DNA of 64,000 nt, from the NCBI RefSeq assembly GCF_009914755.1, contig NC_060929.1; one strand, 5' to 3'. The DNA comes from the human T2T-CHM13v2.0 reference genome, Homo sapiens. The notes beneath the pieces were generated by a model. The model ran no database searches. It saw nothing but the letters and a program-made list of their open reading frames with translations, and was not told the origin of the DNA. Of this stretch, positions 12,371 through 26,635 are shown piece by piece. The stretch's first letter is position 1. Each line of letters begins with the position of its first letter. A program made the position numbers and the translations under genes.

Positions 12371-15300
12371 GACTGAGTCACGCCGGATTTCCCCGTGTTT
12401 GCTCTGGAGACCATGCCCCTCCTCACCCTGCCCATCACCCTCATTTTGGTTGCAGCCCAAATCTTTCCCAATCTTTGTTTTGTTTGTGTGTTTAAAGGAA
12501 TTGCAGTGACTGAGAAGTGGCCCCTTCCAAATGACAGTTTTATGGGCTAGGTGATCAAAAATGAAAGGCATCTTCTGAGGGAAACTTTTAACTCATTTTG
12601 TTCCCTTTCCAAAAGAAAAATTAACTGCTCATTAGGAAACAATCTGCTGACAAATTGGCAGGTTATCCAGTGTCTGTAATAACTTTGGCATATAAAATGA
12701 TGAGCATATTCTTTAGAGTTCACAGAGTGAAAGTAGAGCTGAGAGGGTGTTCTCTAGGTTCTCCAGGACATTAGTAACTTTTAATTGGTCTTTGCGCTGA
12801 AACAGCCCTTTACCTGGGGTAGCCTTTGTGCCTACACACAAGCAAAAGCTCATGGAGGGCTGAGAAGAGTGTACACATTTAACTTCTATTCTAAATAGCT
12901 GAGAGTTTATACCTCATATTTTCCTCTGGTTTCAAAGCTACAAATTTAAAACAGCAGATGCTATGGGGAATTATCTCAACATATATTGGAGAATTTGCCC
13001 TTCTTTCTCACCAGTCCCTGGCCCAGGCTTCTCCATGATTATTTTTGTGAAATTGCTTTGTAAATTATAAGGCATTTCAGGAATTAATCTCATTTATCAT
13101 CACAGGAATGGTGGCAGGGGCATCTATCATTATCATTAGTTTATAGGTGAGGAAACTGAGGTCTTGGCAGATGAAAATAGGGACCTGCAAAGAACAATGG
13201 GGATCCTTTCATCACTTTTGCAGCTGTATTAGGAATAGAGAAGTCTGGGTCCTTATTGGTCATCTCAAAACACAGGGCCAAAACCCAGAAGTGTAGCTTT
13301 GAAGTGGTAAATTATTATGAGAATGCGGAGTGAATTACTATAAGACAAAAGATCATGACAAAATGACATTATTCATTACAGTACACTTCCTGCTTAAAAC
13401 AACTCAGCAGGGGCTCCCTCCTCTGCAAAACTCTGTTTGGGACATTAAGACAAAGTTATTTTACTATTGGGAAGATCAGAGAATCAGCTCTAAAACTGGG
13501 GACCCTCAGCATCACCGGAGTCTTTATTTTCTTCAGTCTTCTCTTATCCTTTGTTGTTGAATAACTGCATTTCACAGAGGTCTTTGGAAGTGTTTAGGTC
13601 CTGGGGTAAGCCCTTTAGGATGAGTTGATATCAGAACTCATTGCTTTTCTATCATTGTTGAATAGAAATCCATCTTATTCATTTGGTCTTTAATTGCTTT
13701 ACTTTCCATTCACTATCCTCTAGTTTAATCTCTATTTCTTTTACTGTTTTCTATTTCTTTGTGTTTATTCATTGCTCATCCTTCCGTATATGCACACTCA
13801 TGTGATTGTAACCCTCCTCACACTGTAGGTCTTCAATATAGTTTTGTTAAATGAATAAATAAGGATGGATCTATAGCCATGATCTTTATTGAGTCTAGGA
13901 AAACACCCTATGAATAGCCGTGTCATATTTTCTGGGAACCTTTCTTAAACTTGGACATTTTACCCTCGTAAAAAGAAGTTTCTCTGGACATATGTCTTTT
14001 TCTGAGGATATTCTAGTTTGGAACTTTATTTGTATCAACATAATTACACCCTCTTATAGATGAAAATAGTTTTGCTTGTATATTTAAGGAAAAATGAAAT
14101 ATGTGTTTTTAAGCATTGCTGAAGACAGTTGCTGAAGACTCTTCAGCCTCACCCATTTACAGTATTGTTGACCTATTTTCAATGATTAGTATTGAGTAGA
14201 ATCTACTATGTATTTTTTATTGAAAATTATGTTGTTTTGTAGTATTTGTTTTATCTGACTTGGAAATTGGGTTTATATGGAAACTTCAGTCAATCATTAA
14301 TCTAGAAAACATTTGTTCTTTAAATTAATAAAATAGTTCTTTGGCTTAATGTTCTTTCTCTGTGTTAAAGAGTCTTAGGGTTATGAATCCTTTTAGATTC
14401 ATACTAATCAAATGTGGCTTTGTAGCTCTAGTTTTATCCTTTTGTTTTACAAAATACAGAAAAATATTGTGTGTATCTGGTGTGATTGGAATGGTGTCTA
14501 GTAGATCTGCCTCTAGCTGCAGCTGCCCACATTGCTAAAATCAGAAGCAAAATAACCAATGTAAGAAAAAAAAGAACAATATTGACCTGTAATATTTATG
14601 GACATGCACACATACATGAGAATAGATTTAAATAACCCTTTCCTAGAAATTGAGCAAACTCCATTGTTTCTATTTTTTTTTTCTATCTGTGGTAAGAAAT
14701 ACAGTATCTTTCTACAAGGAATTTAAGAAGTACAATTAAAATGAAAGTGTTATTTCTTTCTTTAATAACATGATATCCATTAGAGGAACAGCTTCAGATA
14801 AAGGATCACCATAATAATCAAGCTAGAGAAGAATAAAATAGCCCAAGATGTGAGCTTTTGGAGTTGGAACTTGAGGTGAAGGCAACTGCCTTGTGAACAA
14901 AGGACTTGGAATGGTTGCATTGAAGGAATCATTCTGTGATGTGGTATCTGCCTGCAGCTGTATGTTTTAGTTTGTTTCCTGCATGTGTGTTCAGATCAGA
15001 TGGATGGATGTGATGTCTCATTGGTGGAGGGGATTTTACTCTGCATGACACGAGCCTGGGTGACCTTCATTTTGAAGTGCCAGATGTCAATGCAGATTCA
15101 TAGGCAACATTCATATTTGTTTTTTTTAGTTTTTATTTTTAAAGATCAACAGCTGCTCCGCTGGTCAAAAAGATTTATGTAGCTTCATTTGGATAATGTA
15201 TATTGTGCATACTGCTCTGAAATAAATTTCAAGAAATGACATTTCTGTTCTGAATAACATACTTTTCACATTTTATTTTGCATCCACTTTGCTTATTTAA

Positions 15301-16104
15301 TTATATTTTAATACTTTTCTCTCTGTTTTTTTTCTCTCTCTTGAAAGACCTCTCCTGTTGATTACCCTGCAATCCTGTTTGGAGAGGCAGTATTTCCTTG
15401 GGGAGTCTTTCTGCACTCCTAAAGCCATAACAACATGAACTGAGCAATAAAAAACCAATTCCCTCCCCTTGGTTGTGCTTCAAATAGTCATTTCTTTGAT
15501 ACTGGCTAATAAAAACAGGAAAAGGATCATTTTTAAATGCTTTGGTTGGGGTTGCCTTACTTCCAATAAGGAAAATTGCCTCACAAGGGGGAGCATGGGT
15601 AATAAAGATACAACTAACTGAATAATTGTATTCAATCCAATGTTGAAATTCCCAAGTTGCTGCCTGCAAATTTAATTTAATCTTGGGATAGCTGTGTGTT
15701 CACTGTAGTGTGTAGATTTAAATTTTGCTGTCGCTGAAGATCATCTCTTTGCATTCAACAAAGATGAACTTACAAATGCTACTGGAGATTTTTGATGCCC
15801 CTCCCCCATTAGGAATACCTGTAAGCTTTTTGGTAGGTAACAAAATGGGACATTGACCAAGAATGAAATACTGAGTAGAATTATGGATGTTATAATGGTG
15901 AAGATGACCTCAGAGCACCTTCCAAACAAAGAGGTTGAGGCACAAAGAAAACAGCTTTGCTAAGGTCATACAGATAGCAAGGCCTTGGGATACTAAAATT
16001 GATTTTCTTAGTCTAGCTGTGTTTCATTGTAATCCATTTCTCTCTTCCCCATCATACTTCTCCCATTTTTTCCTTACTTTGAGAAGATTTGAGATGAATA
16101 GAGT

Positions 16105-16500
16105 GGCTGCCCTACTCGTCTGTACAGATGGCCTCTTCAGGACTGACATGTCCCTGCCCCCGGCTGCACTGTGTTAGCCACTGAAGGTTCACAGCCCAGT
16201 GCCTCTCCAGAAATTACTCTCATCCAAGACAGGGAGGTTCAGGGAGCGGGGAGCCACATGCAGTGACTAGTTTAGGCAGGGGTACAATTTGGGACAATTC
16301 TGAAGGGTCATTTTGGGTCCAGAGCGCCCCATGGAGTTTGCAGAGTCCCATGTTGCAACTACATCATAGACCACCTTCTCTCTGTCCAGTTTGCCTTCTC
16401 TCCTTGCCTTTCATAAGGTGATCCCACGGGTATTTTCCAATAAACCACCTGCACTCAGACCATCTCAGAGGCTGTTTACCAAGGAACCCAACATAAGACA
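16105..16500 (+). mobile_element. LTR16-family ERVL solo LTR
   Basis: TTTGGGACAATTCTGAAGGG...CCAATAAACCACCTGCACTC...CTCAGAGGCTGTTT...GGAACCCAACATAAGACA. Confidence 0.7.
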
Positions 16501-17970
16501 GCAAAGAAATTGGAACAGGATGCTGTTTTGGCAGTGGCCATGGATGGACCGGATGCCACTGTTAGGCAAGTCATCATCTTCCTGGGAATCTCAGCCATTC
16601 TTAAAGGGGAGCCTTCAGCTGACAGTTAAGAGATATGCACTGGTTTTCTGTTTGGGGACCTAGTCTAATTCTTTCATCTTATAGATGAGGAAATTCAAAT
16701 TCTGTGCACTAAAGTGACTTGACCAATAGCACATAGCTAGCTGGCAAAAGAACAAAAAACAAGCTTACAGTTCCTGGCTGCTGCCATTGGTGCTGTTTTT
16801 GAAGAGCCATCATGGAATTTTTTCAGAGTTCTGCTGCTGCTATAACTCAGAATTGACTGCAGATGGGTCTAGAGACCATTTGCCTGATCCGTTTGCTCAA
16901 CTGGTGTGGAAAACAGATACCTCAATCATTCCTCCATGGTCCTGTTTTACTGATTGTCTGCTGTGCTTTGAAGAGTGATCTCTGAAGCTCACAATAGTTG
17001 GTGAGTATTCAGTAGAATACTGAAGAAAAAATACTGAAGAAGCAGCAGATGGTTATAGTTGTTATTGTCTGAAATCAGCATTTCGTGTTACTGGTTATTA
17101 AGAGTATTGGGGAATATGCAATGCTTATTAAACGAGGGACCAATGGCAAGTACAGATTCATCAGGTAGAGGAAACAAGCAGGAGTGAGTTGAATCATAAG
17201 CAAGATGAAAAATGACTAAAAATTAATATGTACTCATGATTATACTAGTTTATTAGTCATTTTATTACACTCAAATAACATTCCACTGAGATTATCAAAT
17301 TACTATAAGCTCAGAATCACTATGATACTGAGAAATTTGGAATTAATTTAAAAACAGATGATTAGCTTATTATTATCACTACTACGGGGATCCAGGTTTT
17401 ATATAGTTTCCCTGGCATAATTAACCCAGCTACTACTTTAGAAAACATTCTTAGACTCCCATTGTCTGTAAATTAACTCAAAATTGTCTGTAAATTAACT
17501 CAAAATTCTTTTTTTTTGATACACCGAGTACTTTGTGCCAGATTCTCTTTCTTTCAGTCTGCTCTTCTATATTTACTCTATATTCTGGCCAAACCAGGAA
17601 ACTCAGTGTTCCCTAAACATACCTTTTATTTTCCTAAATTTGTGTCTTGTATCATGCTGTATTTTTTCTTGGAATATTCTTCCCATGTGATTACCCGTCA
17701 TGGTATACTCGATTCAAACCCAATTCAATGTTAACACTTTAAAATGAAATTTTCTTTGGTTTCCCTTAGATATGTCTGTTTAAAATACTAAACTTCGTAC
17801 TTTGAGAAAATATATCAGGTGCTCCTAACTGCATTCACTATGTCTTCCCTCTGAACTACCATGGCAGTTTATTTGTATGGGATTTTTATGTCTTACTTTG
17901 CATATAGTTACTTGCATGTCTTTAATTCAATATATTTGTAGGTATCCATGTACCAGAGTCTATTCTAGAT

Positions 17971-18663
<693 letters not shown>

Positions 18664-19343
18664 ATATTGGGGGTTTTATAAAATAAAGAGTTGTTTTTGA
18701 CTTAAGGGGCCCACAGTCTGGTGGGTAGAAACTAATAAAGTACTGGAGGAACCATAGATGGTAAACTAAAGCATTCAGTGAAAGACGCCAGCCTGGCCGT
18801 GGTGAGCTTTGGCTGTGGGTGTTTACAAGGGCTTTCTAACTGAGTGTACCTAGAACTGAATCTGGGAAGAATAAGAGCTTGCCAGGTGTGGCTGGGAAGG
18901 CAGTGGGGGAACAACATGAGGTCAGACAAGGAGGCGGGAACCAGTCATAGGCTCTGTGGGGAGGAAAGGGTGATGTGAGCTGAGCGTCACACCTGGAGAG
19001 GCAGACAGGTTCAAGTGATGATGAAAGCAAAATGAAGGCAGGTGGATGGCAGGAGAGTCTGTGGCAAATGTTTAGCAAGGGGAGCCTTGAATAGATTTAG
19101 AAAGGTCACTGAAGAGGCAGGTGGATTACAGGAGTTAAGGGGGACCCTTCTCCACTCCTTATGTTTACTTCCACATGAAGGACCATCATTAATTTAACTC
19201 ACGGCCTGGAGTACTTACCTGATTTGTGAATTTGGGAGAAAAAAATTGACATCTCAGCTTCATCCTGTTTTCCTCTTTGGAGGGAGCTGCCCTCAGGAAG
19301 CACCCTTATCTTGGGGGAGCTCTTCTGCCCATGGGTAGACTAG

Positions 19344-19691
<348 letters not shown>

Positions 19692-20307
19692 TAGCTACTT
19701 TGCTGTAGACCTAAAACCACAACCTTCATACTAGACTCACCAGAAGTGAAGGTACCATTTTCCTTTCTACCTGCCACTTATTTTTATTATTTCCTCGGTT
19801 TGTTTTGGACCTGGCAGGGGAAGGGAGATGCTATTCGTGAGCCCTCTCGATACCCTAGCAGTGATGTGCAATGGGAGGTAGGAAAGGCAGCTCATGGAGA
19901 GCAGGAGAACGTTTGAATTGTGGCTGGGATATAATGCCTGAAGAGGAGGGTGAGGCTTTCATGGGGGAAATGAAGGTAGAAGCTACAGGACTTGGTGACG
20001 AATTGGCTGAAGGGATTGAGGAGATGGAAGATTCTAGAGGTCTCCATCCTCCTGTAGAGGACTTTGGCTTGGGCAATTGGGTGCCACATTGGCTCCTGCA
20101 CCTTAACTTTCTGTTTGACCTGAGTTTCCCTTAAGTTGGTTGTTGAGGCCGGGAGAGTGAATCAGGCCCTTCGTCTCTCCTTGAGACATCCCACCCAGGA
20201 TCTGAGAGGATTTTTCAGGGACTGATACACTTGGGCATTTGTTCATCTAAATTGTTCATTCCTTTCTTAATTCCTTTGGCTTGCACATATTTATTAATCT
20301 CCTTCTA

Positions 20308-20810
<503 letters not shown>

Positions 20811-21225
20811 CTAGTGAGTTGGCTTATGAATATATTCTGCCAGAGACTTAGAAAACAAAAAAAAAAAACAAACAAACAAACAAAAAAAACTTGTTGAAAT
20901 TAATTTTTGAGACAGGAACTTCCTGTCTGTGGCTCAAAGAAGTTGTCACAGGAGAGCAAAGTTATGCTCTATTTCTTCCTCCTTTGGAGAATCCCTTCAG
21001 ATCACCATTTGACGGAAGGAAGTTAGAATGTGACTTATTTTTTGTGAAGTTTTCCTTTGTGGGTACTAATTGCATGAAAAATCTGAGAAAGAGTTTGAGC
21101 TACCCTTATGTTATGGCAAATTTGGACATTCCTAGAAGGAGGAGAAATAGTGTATTGGTATGATTTGAAGACAGAGCTGGTGGTAATGGAAGTAGCACTC
21201 TGGTTAGTAGTTTCCTATCCCCTTT

Positions 21226-21777
21226 TGTTACAGGAAAGGAGTCCAGATCCAGACCCTAAGAGAAGGTTCTTGGATCTCTCACAAGAAAGAATTCAGGGCG
21301 AGTCCATACATTAAAGTGAAAGCAAGTTTATGAAGAAAGTAGATGAGTAAAAGAGTGGTACTCCATAGACAGGGCAGCCCTGAAGACTCCTGGTTGCCTA
21401 TTTTTATGGTTATTTCTTGATGATATGCTAAACAAGTGGTGGATTATTCATGCTTCCCCTTTTTAGTCCATATCGGGTAACTTCCTGATATATTGCCATG
21501 GCATTTGTAAACTGTCCTGGTTGGGGGAGTGTAGCAGTGAGGACAACCAGAGGTCACTCTTGTGGCCATCTTGGTTTTGGTGGGTTTTGGTTGGCTTCTT
21601 TACTGCAACCTATTTTATCAGTAAGGTCTTTGTGACCTGTATCTTGTGGCGACCTCCTGTCTAATCCTGTGACTTAGAATGCCTTAACCATCTGGGAATG
21701 CAGCCCAGTAGGTTTCAGCCTTATTTTACCCAGCTGCTATTCAAGATGGAGTTGCTCTGGTTCACACGCCTCTAACA
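21226..21777 (-). mobile_element. MER41A solo LTR (ERV1)
   Basis: TGTTACAGGAAAGG...GATGGAGTTGCTCTGGTTCACACGCCTCTAACA; 552 bp with intact TG...CA ends. Confidence 0.9.
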
Positions 21778-24354
21778 GTTTCATACCATAATGAACTTTT
21801 TAATAGTTCTAAAGTTGGCGGGGGAGAATTTCATTGTTCTGAGAGCCCTCAATTCAATGGGAAATAGAATTGTATTTATGTTGTGGGTATGTGTGTTTAT
21901 GGTTTATATGTATACGTGCACTATTTCAGTAGTCACAAGATCAAATTACATGCTATATGCCAGATTCTGGCACATTTATATCCTGTAGTTTTAGTTAGTT
22001 CACTAAATCCAACACTTCCAAAATCGAAAAAGATAGCTGAATTAAAAGGTGGTACATAAGTAGTGATCAAGTTTCCTAACGGGAAATATTTCCGATATTT
22101 GCTTTATTTAAAATTACCTTTATTTAGCAAAGAACAAAAATGCCTCAGTTTTTTCCTACCAGTTATGTTTTTTCTGTAAATTGAAAGAAATACAATATCC
22201 TTCTGCAAGGAATTTAAAAAATACAATTAAAATTAAAGTGTCATTTGTTTCTTTAATAATCTGGTCCTGTCCTCCAGGGGTTGTGTGGCATGCTTTCATT
22301 TGTATCAGAGAAACCTAAGTTTTAAAGCAGGACAGACATCTGTAAATGACCTAGTTCAGTACTCTTGTTCTGGGGACTAACAAGAAGCCCAGGTACCGAA
22401 GGCATGAAAGAGTTTTGCAAAATCCCGTATGAGTTACAACAGAGAGCGTAGTTGCTAAGAGCAGACTTGGATGCCAGACTTCCCAGGATTCAAACTAGCT
22501 GGACTAATTGCTAGTTGCCCGATCTTGTGCAAGTTTCTTAACCTATCTGTGCCTCAATTTTTGCATCTGGAAAAGGGAGTCAGAAGCAGTTCTTCCCTCC
22601 AAGAGTTGTCGGGGGGTGAAATGAATTAGTAAATACAAAGTTATAATGCCTGGCACATAACAAACACTGCTTATTGGTTTACTATGATCTGCAATTCAGC
22701 AAATCTAAGATGCTTTGATGCTGTTGCTTTCTTGATCTTAGAAGCATGACTGGAAGGTTTCACACATAGCAGAGTTCTCATAGTGATTGTAAGATTATTG
22801 GTTGTAAAATGAAGGTATTAAATAAGCAGTGAGAGATGGTGGAGCTTGGTGTTGATTAAATAGGATGTTACTGGTATTGTCATGATTTAACTTACTTATG
22901 TCAGAGTTGGAACTGGAAGCTGCATTGTCTAGTCTAGCCCTTGTCCATTACTCTGCATTGTGTATTTGGGCGGTGGTTATATAGATTTAGATGCTTTCAC
23001 TTTGGGAAACAGAAACTTTAGCTGTCTATTGTGAGAACACAGAGCCTACTCCTCTTTGGATTATATCATTTAACTTAAAACTGTCGAGACACTGAAGTGT
23101 TTAGATCCAAGACGTGAAGATGAGTAAGTGCAGTGCTCTCGTGGGAAAAAGAAGGATAAAGAAACTCTCAAATTCCCTTGAAAGAATGTGCCTCTTCTCC
23201 TGCGTGTACTTAACAGCCTAAGGGGGATGATGGAGCTGCATTTATTTTCCTCGAATTGTTCTTGCTTTATGTTGGATAAATTAAATCCTTAAACAACTAT
23301 ACATTTCTTCGTACTGAGCAAAGATGCAGATTCATCTGAAGCTTTTAATAGTAATTAGAAAATACCATTTTCATTGCTGTTATATTTCATCCAAAAATGG
23401 AGGCTGGGGTGTCCATTTGTTAAGATTTATGAATACACTCACTCTGGGGCAAGTGCCATGTAAATTTTATACGTGTCTATGTAAATCCCCCATGGGAATG
23501 CCTAAATGAGGGCTTTTGTGAATATGTTTAAAACTTTGGGCATGACTTCTCAGTTTGATTGGCTCCTTCATTACTATTTTATTATTCTTCCAGCTCTAGT
23601 GGGTCTCTCCTGCCCCTCCCTTGCCCTCACCATAGTTCCCCCTTCTCCCTTTTCCTTATCCTCCCTGTTAGTCCCCTTTTGTCCCACACAACCCCTGCCC
23701 CACCATCTTCTGTCTGTCTCCAAAATCTGTATGTATTTGATGGGTGTTTCTGGGCAGTGTGCCCAGTTTGGTTTATTTGTTTCTCATAATTGTATTCAGA
23801 GCTTCAGTTACATGTTTCAGATCGATGCTCCGAATGACATTTGTCTCCCTTCTAACATGGGAGGTTTCCTGGAATTTTGTAGTGTTTTAAAATGCAAATG
23901 CATACTCGACCTCTCTAATGTGAAGTTTTACAAAAGGAGCCCCCAAACTGTTCAGAAAATATTCCAGACATCCCTGACTTAGGTTTTACTGCCCCAGGTC
24001 TCTGTGTAATGGAATAAAAATAGTAACATTAGTTAGCCTGATTGCTGCTGGCTGTGTTGCATTGATCTCTTCAACAAAAGCAATCTGCTGAGTATAGTTT
24101 TATGATGAGCGTGTGAAAGAACCCCAGGTGTTCTTCTTGTTGAAATATAAGCTACTGTCAGCTTTAAAATGCCAGTGCAACTCTAAACACTTCATACTTT
24201 AGTCTCAGCCCAAAGTCTCTTTCTACTTTGAGAAAATTCTGTATAATTCTTACAACATTCTAGCAAAAACTCTAAGGTATGAAATATGGATGTTTCAATG
24301 ACAATAGTGGGTCTTCATAGTTATTTGACATTCATAATTTTAGATGTTTCAGAC

Positions 24355-24550
24355 ACTATAATGTCCCATACGGTGGCAACTAGCAACTAGCTACATGTGG
24401 CTTTTAAATTTAAATTAGTTATGTGTAAATGAAATTTAACTTTGCATTCTCCAGGACACTGGCTACATTCTCCACTACCACATGTGACCACCTGATGGGT
24501 GGCACAGATAGAACATTTCCATCATTGAGAAAGTCCTATTGTACCGCACC
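24355..24550. mobile_element. MER3-like hAT-Charlie element
   Basis: CTAGCTACATGTGGCT...ATAGAACATTTCCATCATTGAGAAAGTCCTATTG. Confidence 0.7.
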
Positions 24551-24614
24551 GTTACAGAGGATTTAAGTTAGGGTAAATGGCACTAACTAATGCCAGATTT
24601 CACCGAGTTTATTA

Positions 24615-25335
<721 letters not shown>

Positions 25336-26429
25336 GAAGAATCAGAAGTTTTACAGTATGAGCTAATGTTGCATATAGAGATGTGATCTTTAAGATGACA
25401 GTTCATTTGCCATAGTTAATTTGGGTGTTAGGGGAGATGATATAGGGGTTTAATTTAGATAGTACCTAGCTTTTATTATGTTGTTATCTAACCAAATAAG
25501 GACATAAAATGCCACTAAATAACAATAGAAAATTTTATGCACTTTTTTTTCCCCATCTGTCCACTAAGAAGCATGTGCGTATAGTGGCTCAGTTTAGATA
25601 CCACAGGGCTGTGACTCCCCTGAATGCTTTCTAGTGTTAGATAGACTTTAGGATTGATGACATTGACCATCTCCCTACTCAAAGAACAAAACTTGACCAA
25701 AGCAGCCAGGTATACTTTAAAGGAATGGATTTTATCGTCCGTTTGTGTGAGTAAATGACACTTAACTTCTTGGGGGGGCTGAAGGGCTCATTTCTATAAT
25801 AAACAGACCTCTTCCAAGGAAACCTAAGACATTCATTTCCAATTAGTGGAATTCTATTTTAATTTCCTTTTTCTCTTTTGAATCAAAATGGTAACTGTCA
25901 TTGCATATCTGTGTGTGTAATTTCTCAGCTACTTCTTGCTGCTGACCCTGACCTCTCTTAGCACAAACTTAGTAGGATTGCAAAGTGTTGGGATACACTT
26001 TACAGAGTTAGTTTTTTATTCATTGGTGATAGCTTGGAACAATAAATCATGCTGTTACATTAATTGCTGTGGGTCAGTAAGTTCCCTCTTTTTCTTATTG
26101 TTACTGACACATTGAATTTTATCTCTTCTTAGATGATGTGTTAGACTCCATTTTATCCATTTATCATAGGAGATTAAATTATAATGTGAGTAACCCACAA
26201 CTTGCCTACATTAATCTTTCTGCAGCTATTGTACATTGAAACATAATGTCCTGTCCCATGCTGAAGGAACAAGGAGTGGCCTCTGGCCGGTGGAAAGAGA
26301 AGATACTTGGCTGAGATGATTGGTGGACCCATGCTGATGGCTGCACCTGTTCCCATTCATCATCCGCCCTACTAGGTTCAAAGTTCCCAGGGTGTCCACA
26401 GAAGCCTCTCTCCATCACATGTGTTTATC

Positions 26430-26635
26430 ATTGCAGAGTCAGAATCCTGGCTTTGTCACTTATGAGTGATGTGACCTTGAGCCAGGGCAGTAACCTCCCT
26501 TTGCCTCAGTTTCCCCATCTTTAAAATGAGAAGAGTGCTTAGCTCATAGGGCAATGGTGAGATTTTTAAATGGATTAAACATTCCCAAAGTGAGTTGAAA
26601 GTTCCTGGCACCTCCTAAGTTTTACAAGTGTTAAC
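26430..26635 (+). mobile_element. MIR SINE
   Basis: GTGACCTTGAGC...GCCTCAGTTTCCCCATCTTTAAAATGAG core. Confidence 0.75.

Noticed and set aside
23506-23982. 158-aa ORF, the longest in the intron
   Set aside because: Driven by a CT-rich low-complexity tract; no recognisable domain or exon context
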